Positions 30,124 to 39,424 of a stretch of 42,999 bases of DNA are shown here, piece by piece. This DNA is from Spirochaetia bacterium (GTDB lineage Bacteria; Spirochaetota; Spirochaetia; PWKH01). Each line of letters begins with the position of its first letter. The first letter of the stretch is position 1. Location: the NCBI GenBank assembly GCA_007128345.1, contig SKXS01000071.1, positions 1-42,999 of the forward strand, read 5' to 3'. Under the pieces are notes generated by a model. The model was given only the letters and a program-made list of their open reading frames with translations, was not told the origin of the DNA and searched no databases. The position numbers were made by a program, and so were the translations under genes.

Positions 30124-30546
30124 ATGAGAGTTGCTGTTGTATACTACGCGCACACGAATGATCGGAAGCTGCTAGAGCTCTCCCAGGGACTTGCCAGGGG
30201 GATCAGCGCTAACGGGCATGATGTGGATATTATTAACGCAAAAGTGCAGGGCGGTGATAAAAAGCTGTCCTTCTACGAATACCTAGCTGTGGGCACCGAG
30301 GCTGTCACAGCATTCGGCGGCACCATCCCCGAAGGCATAACCCAGTATCTCAAGCAGTCAGGAACGCTCTCCGGGAAACGGTGCTTTGCCTTTGTGCTCA
30401 AAAAAAGCCTGCGGCCTATGAAGAGCCTAGCTAAACTGATGAAGGTTATGGAGGCAGAGGGCATGTACCTCAAGTTCTCGGAAATCCTGATGAAGCCGAC
30501 GGATGCAGAGGAGATCGGTAAGCGGCTCCATGTGAAGCGCCGCTGA
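30124..30546 (+). CDS. Flavodoxin-like-fold protein, unknown function
   Basis: 140 aa with an alternating beta/alpha pattern (MRVAVVYYAH..., YLAVGTEA, CFAFVLKK). It lacks the T/S-x-T-G-x-T FMN phosphate loop. Confidence 0.5.
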   Translation: MRVAVVYYAHTNDRKLLELSQGLARGISANGHDVDIINAKVQGGDKKLSFYEYLAVGTEAVTAFGGTIPEGITQYLKQSGTLSGKRCFAFVLKKSLRPMKSLAKLMKVMEAEGMYLKFSEILMKPTDAEEIGKRLHVKRR

Positions 30547-30586
30547 CCGCCTGTTTGTCCTAACTAATACCAGAAAGAGGTTACCT

Positions 30587-31633
30587 ATGATACCAAAAAG
30601 AACCATACCGGTCATTGCAGTGTTCATGCTGTGTGTACTGACCGGCATATATGCTGACGATCTGCTGCTCCAGCCGGCAGCCGTGGTCAATCTGATCCGA
30701 TCGCAGGTTATCCCCATGCAGGAAGTCGATGCAACTTTTGATGAATACCGCATGACCCAGCAGCGGCAGGGACTTCCCGTAGAGCTGACCAAGGATGATA
30801 TCCTCCAGGTCCTCATAGAGAATGAACTGCTTATCCAGGGAGCCAGGCAGTTCGGCACCACGGTAAGCGAGCAGGAAGTCACCGCTGAATTCAATGCCCA
30901 GAAGCAGTCCGTTGAGCAGCAGCTCGGCAGGAGACTCAGCGACGCTGAATTTTCCCAGGTCCTCAGCGACTTCTTCGACAAGACCGTTGACGGATTCAGG
31001 ACGGAGATACGCAATCAGATACTGGTGGACCGCTATGTGCGTACTGCAAAGAGATCGGTGGTGGAGAATGTGCCTGCACCGACGCTCCAGGAGGTGCAGA
31101 CCGTCTATAGGCAGAATGCCACGTCGTTTACCAACCCTGAGTACGCACTGCTGAGACACATATACGTAGATAACCGCAATAAGAGCGACAGCGAAGCGTA
31201 TGCGAAGATATCAAGTGCGCTGCGGAGGATACAGTCCGGGGCAGCGTCCTTCGACTCGCTTGTGCTTGAGGTCTCCGAGGATGAGGGGACCAAGTTTCAG
31301 AGCGGTGAGATGGGATGGCTTGCCATAGATGACGCCCAGCGCAAGCAGATGCTGGGAGCCGAGTTCTTTGATAAGGTCTTTGAACTGGAAACTGGTGAAA
31401 TTTCCGGGATTATCAATTCAAACGCCGGCTACCATATCGTGAAGATGCAGGACTACAGACCTGCCAAGATGCTCGGGCTCTATGACACGATCAATCCTTC
31501 AAGCAGGACTACAGTGTATCAGTATATTTCCAACCAGCTGTACGCTCAGAAGCAGGCAAATGCCTACAACCGGGCGATTGATGAGCTGGTGGAGGAACTG
31601 CGCAAGAAGGCCGACATCAGGGTACTGCTCTAG
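30587..31633 (+). CDS. Periplasmic parvulin-type peptidyl-prolyl isomerase (SurA/PrsA-like)
   Basis: Signal peptide, SurA_N-like helical N-terminal half, and a parvulin domain (LRHIYV..., GEMGWL, NSNAGYHIVK). Confidence 0.75.
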   Translation: MIPKRTIPVIAVFMLCVLTGIYADDLLLQPAAVVNLIRSQVIPMQEVDATFDEYRMTQQRQGLPVELTKDDILQVLIENELLIQGARQFGTTVSEQEVTAEFNAQKQSVEQQLGRRLSDAEFSQVLSDFFDKTVDGFRTEIRNQILVDRYVRTAKRSVVENVPAPTLQEVQTVYRQNATSFTNPEYALLRHIYVDNRNKSDSEAYAKISSALRRIQSGAASFDSLVLEVSEDEGTKFQSGEMGWLAIDDAQRKQMLGAEFFDKVFELETGEISGIINSNAGYHIVKMQDYRPAKMLGLYDTINPSSRTTVYQYISNQLYAQKQANAYNRAIDELVEELRKKADIRVLL

Positions 31634-31634
31634 G

Positions 31635-32078
31635 ATGAGCTCCCGTCATAAGGCCAGGATCCTTGCCGTGCAGGCTCTCTACCTCTACGATGAGGGCCTG
31701 CCCTGGGAACTCGAGGAACTGCTCCAGTTTCCCTGGCTGACCGACGATGAACGAGAGGCCTGCGGAGAAGAGACTCTGAGCTTCGCGCAGCTGCTTGTTT
31801 CAGGCATGATAGAGCAGATTGAAGCAGTGGATCGTGGAATTCGGGACCACCTGAAGAACTGGGATTTCACGCGTCTGACCCGGGTGGACCGCTCCATACT
31901 TCGCCTGGGCGTCTACACGCTTGCTTTTCAGCTTGAAATTCCCAAGAATGTGGTTATCCATGAGTCCATACTGCTGGCAAAGCGGCTGTCCGGGGAGAAA
32001 TCCCACAGCATCATAAACGGACTTCTGGACGCCTACGCAGAAACCTGCAGGATTTCCCATGATACGACTGAAAAATGA
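31635..32078 (+). CDS. nusB: Transcription antitermination factor NusB
   Basis: MSSRHKARILAVQALY... with ATG at 31635, one nt after the PPIase stop. The ORF track start at 31482 lies inside the previous gene. Confidence 0.9.
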   Translation: MSSRHKARILAVQALYLYDEGLPWELEELLQFPWLTDDEREACGEETLSFAQLLVSGMIEQIEAVDRGIRDHLKNWDFTRLTRVDRSILRLGVYTLAFQLEIPKNVVIHESILLAKRLSGEKSHSIINGLLDAYAETCRISHDTTEK

Positions 32079-32805
32079 ACAGGATCTTGATGGCATCCGC
32101 GCTTCCTGCCGGCTGCTGGCGTCGCTCCATAAGGAGCTCTCCTCCTGGGTGAGGGAGGGCATGACCACCAGCCAAGTGGACGCGTATGTGTATGCCTACA
32201 TCATGGATCATCGAGCGCAGCCTGCATTCCTCGGCTACATGGGATATCCCGCATCGGCCTGCATATCGGTAAACCAGGAAGTCATACATGGGATACCCGG
32301 ACAGCGGATGATCCGTGACGGCGATATCGTAAGTATCGATATCGGGATCAACCTTGAGGGGTTCTTCAGCGACGCAGCGCAGACCGTCATGATCGGGGAT
32401 GTTGATCCAGAGATCAAAAAACTGGTGGACGTTACCCGTGAGTGTGTGTATCTTGGAATAAAGAAGGCTGTGGTTGGAAACCGCATCAGCCATATAGGAA
32501 AAGCCGTATCAGCCCACGCTGAGGAATCGGGTTTTTCGGTAGTCAGGGAGTACTGCGGTCATGGGGTAGGGTTTTCTCCCCATGAAGATCCGCAGGTGCC
32601 TAACTACCCGAGCAAGTCCGCGAACCAGAGGCTGAGAAGCGGCATGGTGCTGGCCATTGAGCCCATGGTCAATATGGGAACTCCACGAATCAGGCACATG
32701 GATGACCAATGGACCGTGGTCACCGCTGATGACCGCCCGTCGGCGCACTGGGAACATACCATAGCCGTTCACGAAGATCAGGCTGAAATACTTACTGCCT
32801 GGTGA
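32059..32805 (+). CDS. map: Type I methionine aminopeptidase
   Basis: VIHGIPG, DIVSIDIG, EYCGHGVG, AIEPM and WEHT metal-ligand motifs. It overlaps the nusB end by 20 nt. Confidence 0.95.
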   Translation: MIRLKNEQDLDGIRASCRLLASLHKELSSWVREGMTTSQVDAYVYAYIMDHRAQPAFLGYMGYPASACISVNQEVIHGIPGQRMIRDGDIVSIDIGINLEGFFSDAAQTVMIGDVDPEIKKLVDVTRECVYLGIKKAVVGNRISHIGKAVSAHAEESGFSVVREYCGHGVGFSPHEDPQVPNYPSKSANQRLRSGMVLAIEPMVNMGTPRIRHMDDQWTVVTADDRPSAHWEHTIAVHEDQAEILTAW

Positions 32806-32819
32806 GGAGGAATAGGGTT

Positions 32820-34409
32820 ATGTTTGACGAGAGAGCACGAAAACGGGAAAGACGACTGCGTATAGCTAATCTGCTGCTTATCGGAATTGTAATCGGGTTT
32901 ACCGTGAGCGCGTTTCTCTTCAATCCATTTACAGGGAGCACAGGGGATGAGACACAACCGTCATCGGCGGAAATGCTGGCTCAGGCTCCAGGCATCGGGG
33001 ATACCAGTAATCGTTCTGTGGTAAGAGAAGTTCCGTCTGCAGCTGCTGCCAATCAAGCAGAGCGGGGGGAAAATTCTCTGGATAATGCCCTCCGGCTTGA
33101 GGAATCCTTCAATTCAGTAGTCAGAAAAGTGCTTCCTTCTGTGGTGGAGCTGCGCATCACTGAGCGGGTAACCCAGCGGATCCCCAGTTCCCAGGATTTC
33201 TTCCCCTGGTTCTTCGGGATACCCCGCGACCAGTTTGAAGAACGTGAATTTGAAACCAACTCCCTCGGAAGCGGATTCATCTTCCTGAAGGAGGGTGACA
33301 CCTACTATGTGCTGACCAACAACCATGTGGCCGGCAAGGCTGACAGGATATCCGTCGTAATGCACGACAATACTATCTATGACAACGCAGAACTCATCGG
33401 CGCCAATGTCAGGCGGGACCTGGCAGTGGTGTCATTCACGTCAGAAGAGGACTATCCCATAGTCGGCTTCGGGGATTCTGATATACTTGAGGTAGGAGAC
33501 TGGGTTCTGGCCATGGGAAGTCCCTACGGATTCATCTCCAGCGTCACCGCGGGTATTGTGAGCGCCCTCGGCAGGTCAGGAGTGGACATCGGGATAGTCA
33601 GTGACTTCATCCAGACCGATGCGTCGATCAACCAGGGCAATTCCGGAGGTCCTCTGGTGAACATCCGTGGCGAAGTGGTCGGTATCAACACTTGGATCGC
33701 AGCGCCGACAGGCGGAAATGTGGGACTCGGGTTTGCCATACCTATCAACAATGTGGCACAAGTGGTGGATCAGCTGATTGAATTTGGTGACGTACAGGAC
33801 GGATGGCTCGGGATATCCATGATTGACACCGCATCACTTCCCTCAGGGTACCCGGAAGTCTACCGGAAGCATACCGGAGTGTTCGTTGCCGGGGTATATC
33901 TGAACTCCCCGTCGTATGAGAGCGGCATCATGCCCGGTGATATTGTCACTAAGTTCAACACCACAGCAACCCGTACCGGAGAGATTCTCGCCCGGGAGAT
34001 AAGCAATGCAAATATCGGCGTTACCCACTCGATTACGGTTATACGGGAAGGGGAGGAGAAGACCTTCTCCGTAGATCTCGATGTACGGCAGAGCGATGAG
34101 GAACTCCAGCGGATGAACGCCTACCTCTGGCCGGGGGTGATTCCGATTCCCCTGACTGATGACGTGCGCAGGGAGCTCAATGTGGCAAGCCGTGTAGAAG
34201 GGGTTATGGTGCAGTATCTGGGAACGGCCGCGGGAACGAGGCTCCATTCAGCCGGAATCAGGAACCTTGACATTATTACCTCAATAAACCATAACAAGGT
34301 TACCTCAGTTGAGGATTTCTATCGGCTGATGAATGATGAAGAGACAGATGAATTCATGATCCGGTACATCCGTGACCGCAATGAATTCTTTGTAGGAGTG
34401 ATTCGGTGA
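32820..34409 (+). CDS. htrA: HtrA/DegP-family periplasmic serine protease with two PDZ domains
   Basis: Catalytic triad contexts LTNNHVA, RDLAVV and GNSGGPL, plus an N-terminal membrane anchor. The ATG at 32820 lies 9 nt after GAGGAGG; the ORF track GTG is at 32802. Confidence 0.9.
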   Translation: MFDERARKRERRLRIANLLLIGIVIGFTVSAFLFNPFTGSTGDETQPSSAEMLAQAPGIGDTSNRSVVREVPSAAAANQAERGENSLDNALRLEESFNSVVRKVLPSVVELRITERVTQRIPSSQDFFPWFFGIPRDQFEEREFETNSLGSGFIFLKEGDTYYVLTNNHVAGKADRISVVMHDNTIYDNAELIGANVRRDLAVVSFTSEEDYPIVGFGDSDILEVGDWVLAMGSPYGFISSVTAGIVSALGRSGVDIGIVSDFIQTDASINQGNSGGPLVNIRGEVVGINTWIAAPTGGNVGLGFAIPINNVAQVVDQLIEFGDVQDGWLGISMIDTASLPSGYPEVYRKHTGVFVAGVYLNSPSYESGIMPGDIVTKFNTTATRTGEILAREISNANIGVTHSITVIREGEEKTFSVDLDVRQSDEELQRMNAYLWPGVIPIPLTDDVRRELNVASRVEGVMVQYLGTAAGTRLHSAGIRNLDIITSINHNKVTSVEDFYRLMNDEETDEFMIRYIRDRNEFFVGVIR

Positions 34410-35011
34410 CCAAGGAGTTTCTCAGCTCTGAGCTGATCCGTGACAATTCCCTGAAGCTTGCCTACCGCATGCATCAGAATGACGGGTTTGTTCCCGATGT
34501 AATATACGCCTCCCTTCGGGGAGGCGCTTACCTTGCCAACGTATTCAGCGAGTACTTCAAGCTTGTACGGTCAGGGATGCGGCCGGTGCTCTATGCGGCG
34601 GTGGTAGCCCGGTCATATACCGACATCAGGTGCCAGTCCCAGGTCATGATCGACGGCTGGACCTATAAGCCGGAATTCCTGCGCAGCGGGGATAAGGTGC
34701 TTTTAGTGGACGACATCTTTGATACCGGGAAGACTATCAACTACCTCTCAGAGGTAATCATGGCCAACGGCATCGCCCGGGAGGACTTGAAGATTGCCGT
34801 CCATGACTACAAGGTGCCTCTCTACAAGGAGGAGCAGCTGCCTTTCCAGCCGGACTACTACAGCAGGAAGCACGTCATAGAAAACCCGGAGGATGACATC
34901 TGGATACACTACCTCAATCACGAGTTCATCGGCCTCTCCGAAGAGGAGATAAGCATCAGCTACCGTGATGAAGAGGTACAGGCCATTTTGAAGCACATGC
35001 TACAGTCTTGA
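34406..35011 (+). CDS. Phosphoribosyltransferase (purine PRTase-like)
   Basis: PRPP-binding motif VLLVDDIFDTGKT. The GTG start overlaps the htrA stop (GTGA). Confidence 0.8.
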   Translation: MTKEFLSSELIRDNSLKLAYRMHQNDGFVPDVIYASLRGGAYLANVFSEYFKLVRSGMRPVLYAAVVARSYTDIRCQSQVMIDGWTYKPEFLRSGDKVLLVDDIFDTGKTINYLSEVIMANGIAREDLKIAVHDYKVPLYKEEQLPFQPDYYSRKHVIENPEDDIWIHYLNHEFIGLSEEEISISYRDEEVQAILKHMLQS

Positions 35012-36160
35012 AGCAGGATTATCCTTCCCATCTACCTTCAGCACCCAGTGATTCTGCACTGCGCTATAGAATTGGTATCCCGTGCCATACAGAAAGAAAT
35101 CATTGATCTTCTTATCCTTCAGGATTGTGTGAAACTCCTCACCGGGCTGCCAGGCCGGCAGATCCGTATCCTGGGGATTGTAGCGGTAGAGCCCTGTGCG
35201 TCCCGCAATAAGCAAGATGGACGCATCCAGTGCGATCATAGCAGTGGCATGCCTGTCCAGAGAGAACACCGCGGGGAGTTTGGGTTCTGAAAACGCTCCG
35301 ACTGCATTGATCCGATAGAGATGACTGCTGCTGCCGTTGGGATCAAAGGCGGTGATGAAGTCGTCGCCTCCCGCAGGGATAGTCACTGCACCGGTAATAC
35401 GGGCCTTTCCGGCAGGCTTCACATCAGAGGTTATATCAGATACGGCGAAGGCATCGTCGAACCGGAAGCTGATGAACTCCCTGGCATCATCACCACCGGA
35501 AGTGAGGATGCTCAAGTAGATATGGCCATCCGACACGTTGAGCGAAGAGAACCGGTATGCATCATTGCCCGAGGCATCGTAGAGCTCACGAGCCTTGGCG
35601 GCATCAAGGTCCTCAAGGAAGACGATTGTATCGAGCTTCTTCTTTTCGGCGTCGCTGAATTCTGAATAGACCAGGAAGGGCTCATCCTTGAAGACGCCGA
35701 TCCCGTGGACAGTCCGCTTGGAGAAGTCCCCGATTCCCAGGTCCTTGGCAGTCCAGCTTATCTTGCTCTCATCAGTGTTGATGTCCGATGCTTCCGCTTC
35801 ATATACCACCGGTTCGGCCAGGCCCAGCGCGTAGAGGGTGGTGCCCGCCATGACGACGTCCTGCTTCGGAGTATAGGTGCCTTCTTTCCCGCCCATAAGC
35901 TCGGTCTTTTCCAGGGTCTTCCATGAGTCACCATAGCCGTACATTACCCCGCCGTCGGTAACTGCAAGCAGGTACTCAGTTCCGTTGATAGTGAGGTTTC
36001 CCAGGATACGTGAAGCCGTTTCGCGGTAGAGATCAGGATTGTCGGTTTCCGTAGCTTTTTCTATAGTGCGGTAGATGCCCTGGCCGTCGATGTTGCATGA
36101 GAAAGTCAGCAGTAATACTGCTGCAGTTATCAAAATAAGTACGGTATGTATACGTTTCAT
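35000..36160 (-). CDS. Putative lipoprotein, possibly beta-propeller, unknown function
   Basis: Signal peptide plus Cys (LLLTFSC). Repeated blade-like segments: YLLAVTDGGVMYGYG, TLYALGLAEPVVY, HIYLSILTSGG, SHLYRINA, GLYRYNP. Confidence 0.6.
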   Translation of the reverse strand: MKRIHTVLILITAAVLLLTFSCNIDGQGIYRTIEKATETDNPDLYRETASRILGNLTINGTEYLLAVTDGGVMYGYGDSWKTLEKTELMGGKEGTYTPKQDVVMAGTTLYALGLAEPVVYEAEASDINTDESKISWTAKDLGIGDFSKRTVHGIGVFKDEPFLVYSEFSDAEKKKLDTIVFLEDLDAAKARELYDASGNDAYRFSSLNVSDGHIYLSILTSGGDDAREFISFRFDDAFAVSDITSDVKPAGKARITGAVTIPAGGDDFITAFDPNGSSSHLYRINAVGAFSEPKLPAVFSLDRHATAMIALDASILLIAGRTGLYRYNPQDTDLPAWQPGEEFHTILKDKKINDFFLYGTGYQFYSAVQNHWVLKVDGKDNPASRL

Positions 36161-36172
36161 GCTCCTGCTCCC

Positions 36173-36790
36173 TTATCGATTTGTGTAGGTTGCCGTCAGG
36201 GTGATGGAAAAGAAGTTCCCGATCCCTGTACGCTCAGGTTCATTGCGGATATACCACTCAGGCAGTACCCACCAGCTTGTCTCCAGGCCGAAGCTCCAGG
36301 CAGGCAGGCTTCTCCAGAGAATACCCGCCGAGGGAGCAAAGGCGAAGCCAAGGTAGATCTGGTCCTCCAGGGCATTCATCCGAGAATAGGAGAAACCTCC
36401 CTTAAGGGTAAGGGGAAAGTCCACCGCAGAAGAGCTCAGAGGATACATACGGTAGGTTGCAAGAAGCGGGACTGAGAAGAACCGCTCCCCGTCGACTACC
36501 TGGTTTGCTCCGTAGCCCATCTCGATCCCGAATGCCTGGTTTTCTGAAACGAACATCTCCCATCCTATGCTGCCGGTTATACCGAGAGGATCAAACTTTC
36601 CTGTGAGAAATTCCCAGTCTGATGGGAACAGCACAAACAGCGGGAACCTGGGGCCGAGGGCGAATGTGAAATTCTGCGTTCCCTGATCGTAGTACGGCTG
36701 CGCATCATCTGAAAAGATCATCGCCGGCGAAGCGGCCAGGATAAGGCATATGATAAGAACTAGGCGTTTCACGGTATACTCCTTGAACAT
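36173..36790 (-). CDS. Small outer-membrane beta-barrel protein (putative)
   Basis: 205 aa with a signal peptide and alternating aromatic/hydrophobic strands (FGIEMGYGA, LLATYRMY, LKGGFSYS, GFAFAPSAGILW, SFGLETSWW, FFSITLTATY). Confidence 0.55.
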   Translation of the reverse strand: MFKEYTVKRLVLIICLILAASPAMIFSDDAQPYYDQGTQNFTFALGPRFPLFVLFPSDWEFLTGKFDPLGITGSIGWEMFVSENQAFGIEMGYGANQVVDGERFFSVPLLATYRMYPLSSSAVDFPLTLKGGFSYSRMNALEDQIYLGFAFAPSAGILWRSLPAWSFGLETSWWVLPEWYIRNEPERTGIGNFFSITLTATYTNR

Positions 36791-36903
36791 TGCAAAGGTT
36801 TATGTATGTATATAGTAACGGTTCACAATCATCATGGCAATATGGTACCATACCTAGTAAACACATGAACCGCAGTACGAGTAACACATAAGGAGCTACA
36901 TGC

Positions 36904-37782
36904 ATGGCAAAAATTATTGACGGCAAAGCTACAGCAGCTTCCCTCCGGGAGGAGCTGAAGATGCAGGTGCACAGGGATGTGTCGTCGGGTATGCGTTCAC
37001 CGGTTCTTGCTGTTGTGCTTGTCGGCAATGACCCTGCCAGCGTCTCATATGTAACCGGAAAACACAAAGCCTGCGACGAGGTGGGCATTGTCTCCCGGGA
37101 CATGCATTTGGAAGCTTCCACGGACGAAGCAGAGCTTCTGAGGCTGGTGGATGAGCTCAACCGTGACGCAGGAGTTGACGGAATCCTTGTGCAGCTGCCG
37201 CTTCCCCCGCACATCAATGAGGACAGGGTGGTCCTCTCGATTGCGCCGGAGAAGGACGTGGACGGGTTTCATCCCGTAAGTCTGGGAAAGCTCATGATCG
37301 GCATGGCGGGGTTTCTTCCCTGCACGCCTAACGGCATCGTGGAGCTCATGGTCCGCAACAGCATCACTCTGGAAGGGAAGCACGTCTGCATCGTCGGCAG
37401 GAGCAACATAGTAGGCAAGCCTTTGGCGAACCTGCTTCTAGCTAAGAGTCCCCGGGGCAATGCCACGGTTACGGTGTGCCACTCCCGGTCCGGAGATCTT
37501 TCCCGCTATACCCGGGAAGCGGACATCCTTATTGCCGCTGTCGGTAAGCCCCAGGTGATAACCGCAGAGATGATCAAGCCGGGTGCGGTGGTAATTGACG
37601 TAGGGGTGAACCGTGTGGACGATTCGTCGAAGAAGCGAGGCTACCGTCTCGTCGGCGATGTTGACTTCGAAGGTGCGTGTGCAGTCGCGTCCATGATCAC
37701 CCCGGTACCCGGAGGAGTAGGCCCCATGACCATCGCCATGCTCATGCATAATACCGTCACTTCATGGAAGCGCTGCAGGTAG
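36904..37782 (+). CDS. folD: Bifunctional methylenetetrahydrofolate dehydrogenase / methenyl-THF cyclohydrolase
   Basis: MAKIIDGKA..., YVTGKHKAC, VQLPLP, GRSNIVGKP and PGGVGPMT. Confidence 0.95.
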   Translation: MAKIIDGKATAASLREELKMQVHRDVSSGMRSPVLAVVLVGNDPASVSYVTGKHKACDEVGIVSRDMHLEASTDEAELLRLVDELNRDAGVDGILVQLPLPPHINEDRVVLSIAPEKDVDGFHPVSLGKLMIGMAGFLPCTPNGIVELMVRNSITLEGKHVCIVGRSNIVGKPLANLLLAKSPRGNATVTVCHSRSGDLSRYTREADILIAAVGKPQVITAEMIKPGAVVIDVGVNRVDDSSKKRGYRLVGDVDFEGACAVASMITPVPGGVGPMTIAMLMHNTVTSWKRCR

Positions 37783-37784
37783 CC

Positions 37785-39095
37785 ATGGAACCGACACCAA
37801 AGACCTACTGGCTTGAGACCTACGGATGCCAGATGAACTTTGCGGAATCCAATTCGCTTGAGCTGGATCTGCTCCATCACGGGTATCTGCCGGCACAGTT
37901 TCCTGAAGAGGCTTCGGTGGTGATCATCAACACCTGTTCAGTCAGGACGACCGCTGAAAACCGCATACGGGGACGCCTGGGCTACTTCAGGAGCATGAAG
38001 CGTTCCAGGAAGGTCACGGTGGTGCTCACCGGATGCATGGCCCAGAGGCTCATTGATCAGGAGCTCCAGGAGCAGGGTGTCGATGTGATCATCGGCACCA
38101 ACGGGAAGCAGCATGTGGTCTCTCTGCTTGCCGGGGAGAACTCCCAGGATCTCGTGACCTATGAGTTCAGCAGGACCCATCATAAGCCCGGTGATCTGCG
38201 AGCTTTTGTACCCATCATGAACGGGTGCAATAACTTTTGTTCCTACTGCATCGTTCCCTACGTCCGCGGCAGGGAGGTATCCCGGAGTCCTCAGGAGATC
38301 TTCGACGAGATATCCTTCCTTGACGATACGGGAGTGAAGGAAATCACCCTGCTCGGACAGAACGTGAACTCATACGCCTATCGCAGAGGTGATGCATCGC
38401 TGGGGTTCACCGACCTGCTCGACGGAATCGCACGCAGGGTATCCAGCGTGCAATGGATCCGTTTCCTCTCGTCACACCCCAAGGACATCTCTCCTGCCAT
38501 AGGGGAACTCATGCTGGAGCACCGGAGCATATGCCGTCACATCCACATACCCATCCAGCATGGTTCCAACTCGGTGCTGAAGCGGATGAACCGGAAGTAT
38601 ACCCGGGAGCACTTCCTCGGTATCCTTGCATCTCTCAGGGAACAGGTGCCGGGTATCACGTTTTCCAGCGACATACTCATCGGATTTCCCGGTGAGACAG
38701 AGCAGGATGTGGAACTGACGCTGTCAGCCATGCGGGAGGCACGCTTTAATGATGCATTCACCTACTACTTCAATCCCCGGGAGGGAACGGAAGCTGCGGG
38801 ATACTCCGGCCAGCTCGACGATGATACCAAGCTTTCCCGGCTCAAGTGCATCATAGCTGAACAAAAGGCGATATCGCTTCTTGAAAAACAGCGGAGAATT
38901 GGTACAATTGAGCTGGTGCTTGTGGAAGACCGAGCAAAGAAGCAGCATGACGAAAAGCTTGCCCGGACCGAGCACGATGACATGGTCGTCATTGCTTCCA
39001 GTGCGGCACTGGAGATTGGAGCTATGGTACCTGTACGCCTGAACAGCCTGTCAGGCAATACCTTGAAAGGGGAACTTGCCTCATGTGGAAAATAA
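37785..39095 (+). CDS. miaB: tRNA-2-methylthio-N6-dimethylallyladenosine synthase
   Basis: ETYGCQMN N-terminal cluster, radical-SAM CNNFCSYC, and a TRAM-like C-terminus. The ATG at 37785 lies just after the folD stop; the ORF track start 37764 overlaps folD. Confidence 0.9.
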   Translation: MEPTPKTYWLETYGCQMNFAESNSLELDLLHHGYLPAQFPEEASVVIINTCSVRTTAENRIRGRLGYFRSMKRSRKVTVVLTGCMAQRLIDQELQEQGVDVIIGTNGKQHVVSLLAGENSQDLVTYEFSRTHHKPGDLRAFVPIMNGCNNFCSYCIVPYVRGREVSRSPQEIFDEISFLDDTGVKEITLLGQNVNSYAYRRGDASLGFTDLLDGIARRVSSVQWIRFLSSHPKDISPAIGELMLEHRSICRHIHIPIQHGSNSVLKRMNRKYTREHFLGILASLREQVPGITFSSDILIGFPGETEQDVELTLSAMREARFNDAFTYYFNPREGTEAAGYSGQLDDDTKLSRLKCIIAEQKAISLLEKQRRIGTIELVLVEDRAKKQHDEKLARTEHDDMVVIASSAALEIGAMVPVRLNSLSGNTLKGELASCGK

Positions 39096-39424
39096 TAGGC
39101 TCTCTTGCGGTAATCGCAGTAATCGTGCTGTTCATTACTTTCAATATCTCCCATGTATCCGATATCTCATTCATCATATTCACCGTGCCGGATGTTCCGG
39201 TATACCTCACCATCTTCATATCCCTCCTGCTCGGTGCACTGGGGGTACTTCCCTTCAGCCTCTCCTACCGGAAGGAAAAGAGACAGGCCAAGTCCATTGA
39301 GCACCTTGAACAGGAGATCAACGACACCTTCAGTAAGAAGTTTGAAGAGGTTCCGGAGAAAGGAAAGAAGGGCAGAAAGAAAAAACAGAAAGCTTCAGAT
39401 ACCAGTATTGACGTTTCCCCTTAG
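39083..39424 (+). CDS. LapA-domain-like small membrane protein with Lys-rich tail
   Basis: Two TM helices (IIGSLAVIAVIVLFITF, VYLTIFISLLLGALGVLPF), then a coiled, basic tail KGKKGRKKKQK. It overlaps the miaB end by 13 nt. Confidence 0.6.
   Translation: MWKIIGSLAVIAVIVLFITFNISHVSDISFIIFTVPDVPVYLTIFISLLLGALGVLPFSLSYRKEKRQAKSIEHLEQEINDTFSKKFEEVPEKGKKGRKKKQKASDTSIDVSP

Noticed and set aside
36791-36903. ZTP (pfl) riboswitch upstream of folD
   Set aside because: The spacer is AT-rich and lacks the conserved GGGTCGTGAC...CCGGGCGGA...CCGCCTGGGCA-type core. It is only 113 nt and shared with a divergent promoter.
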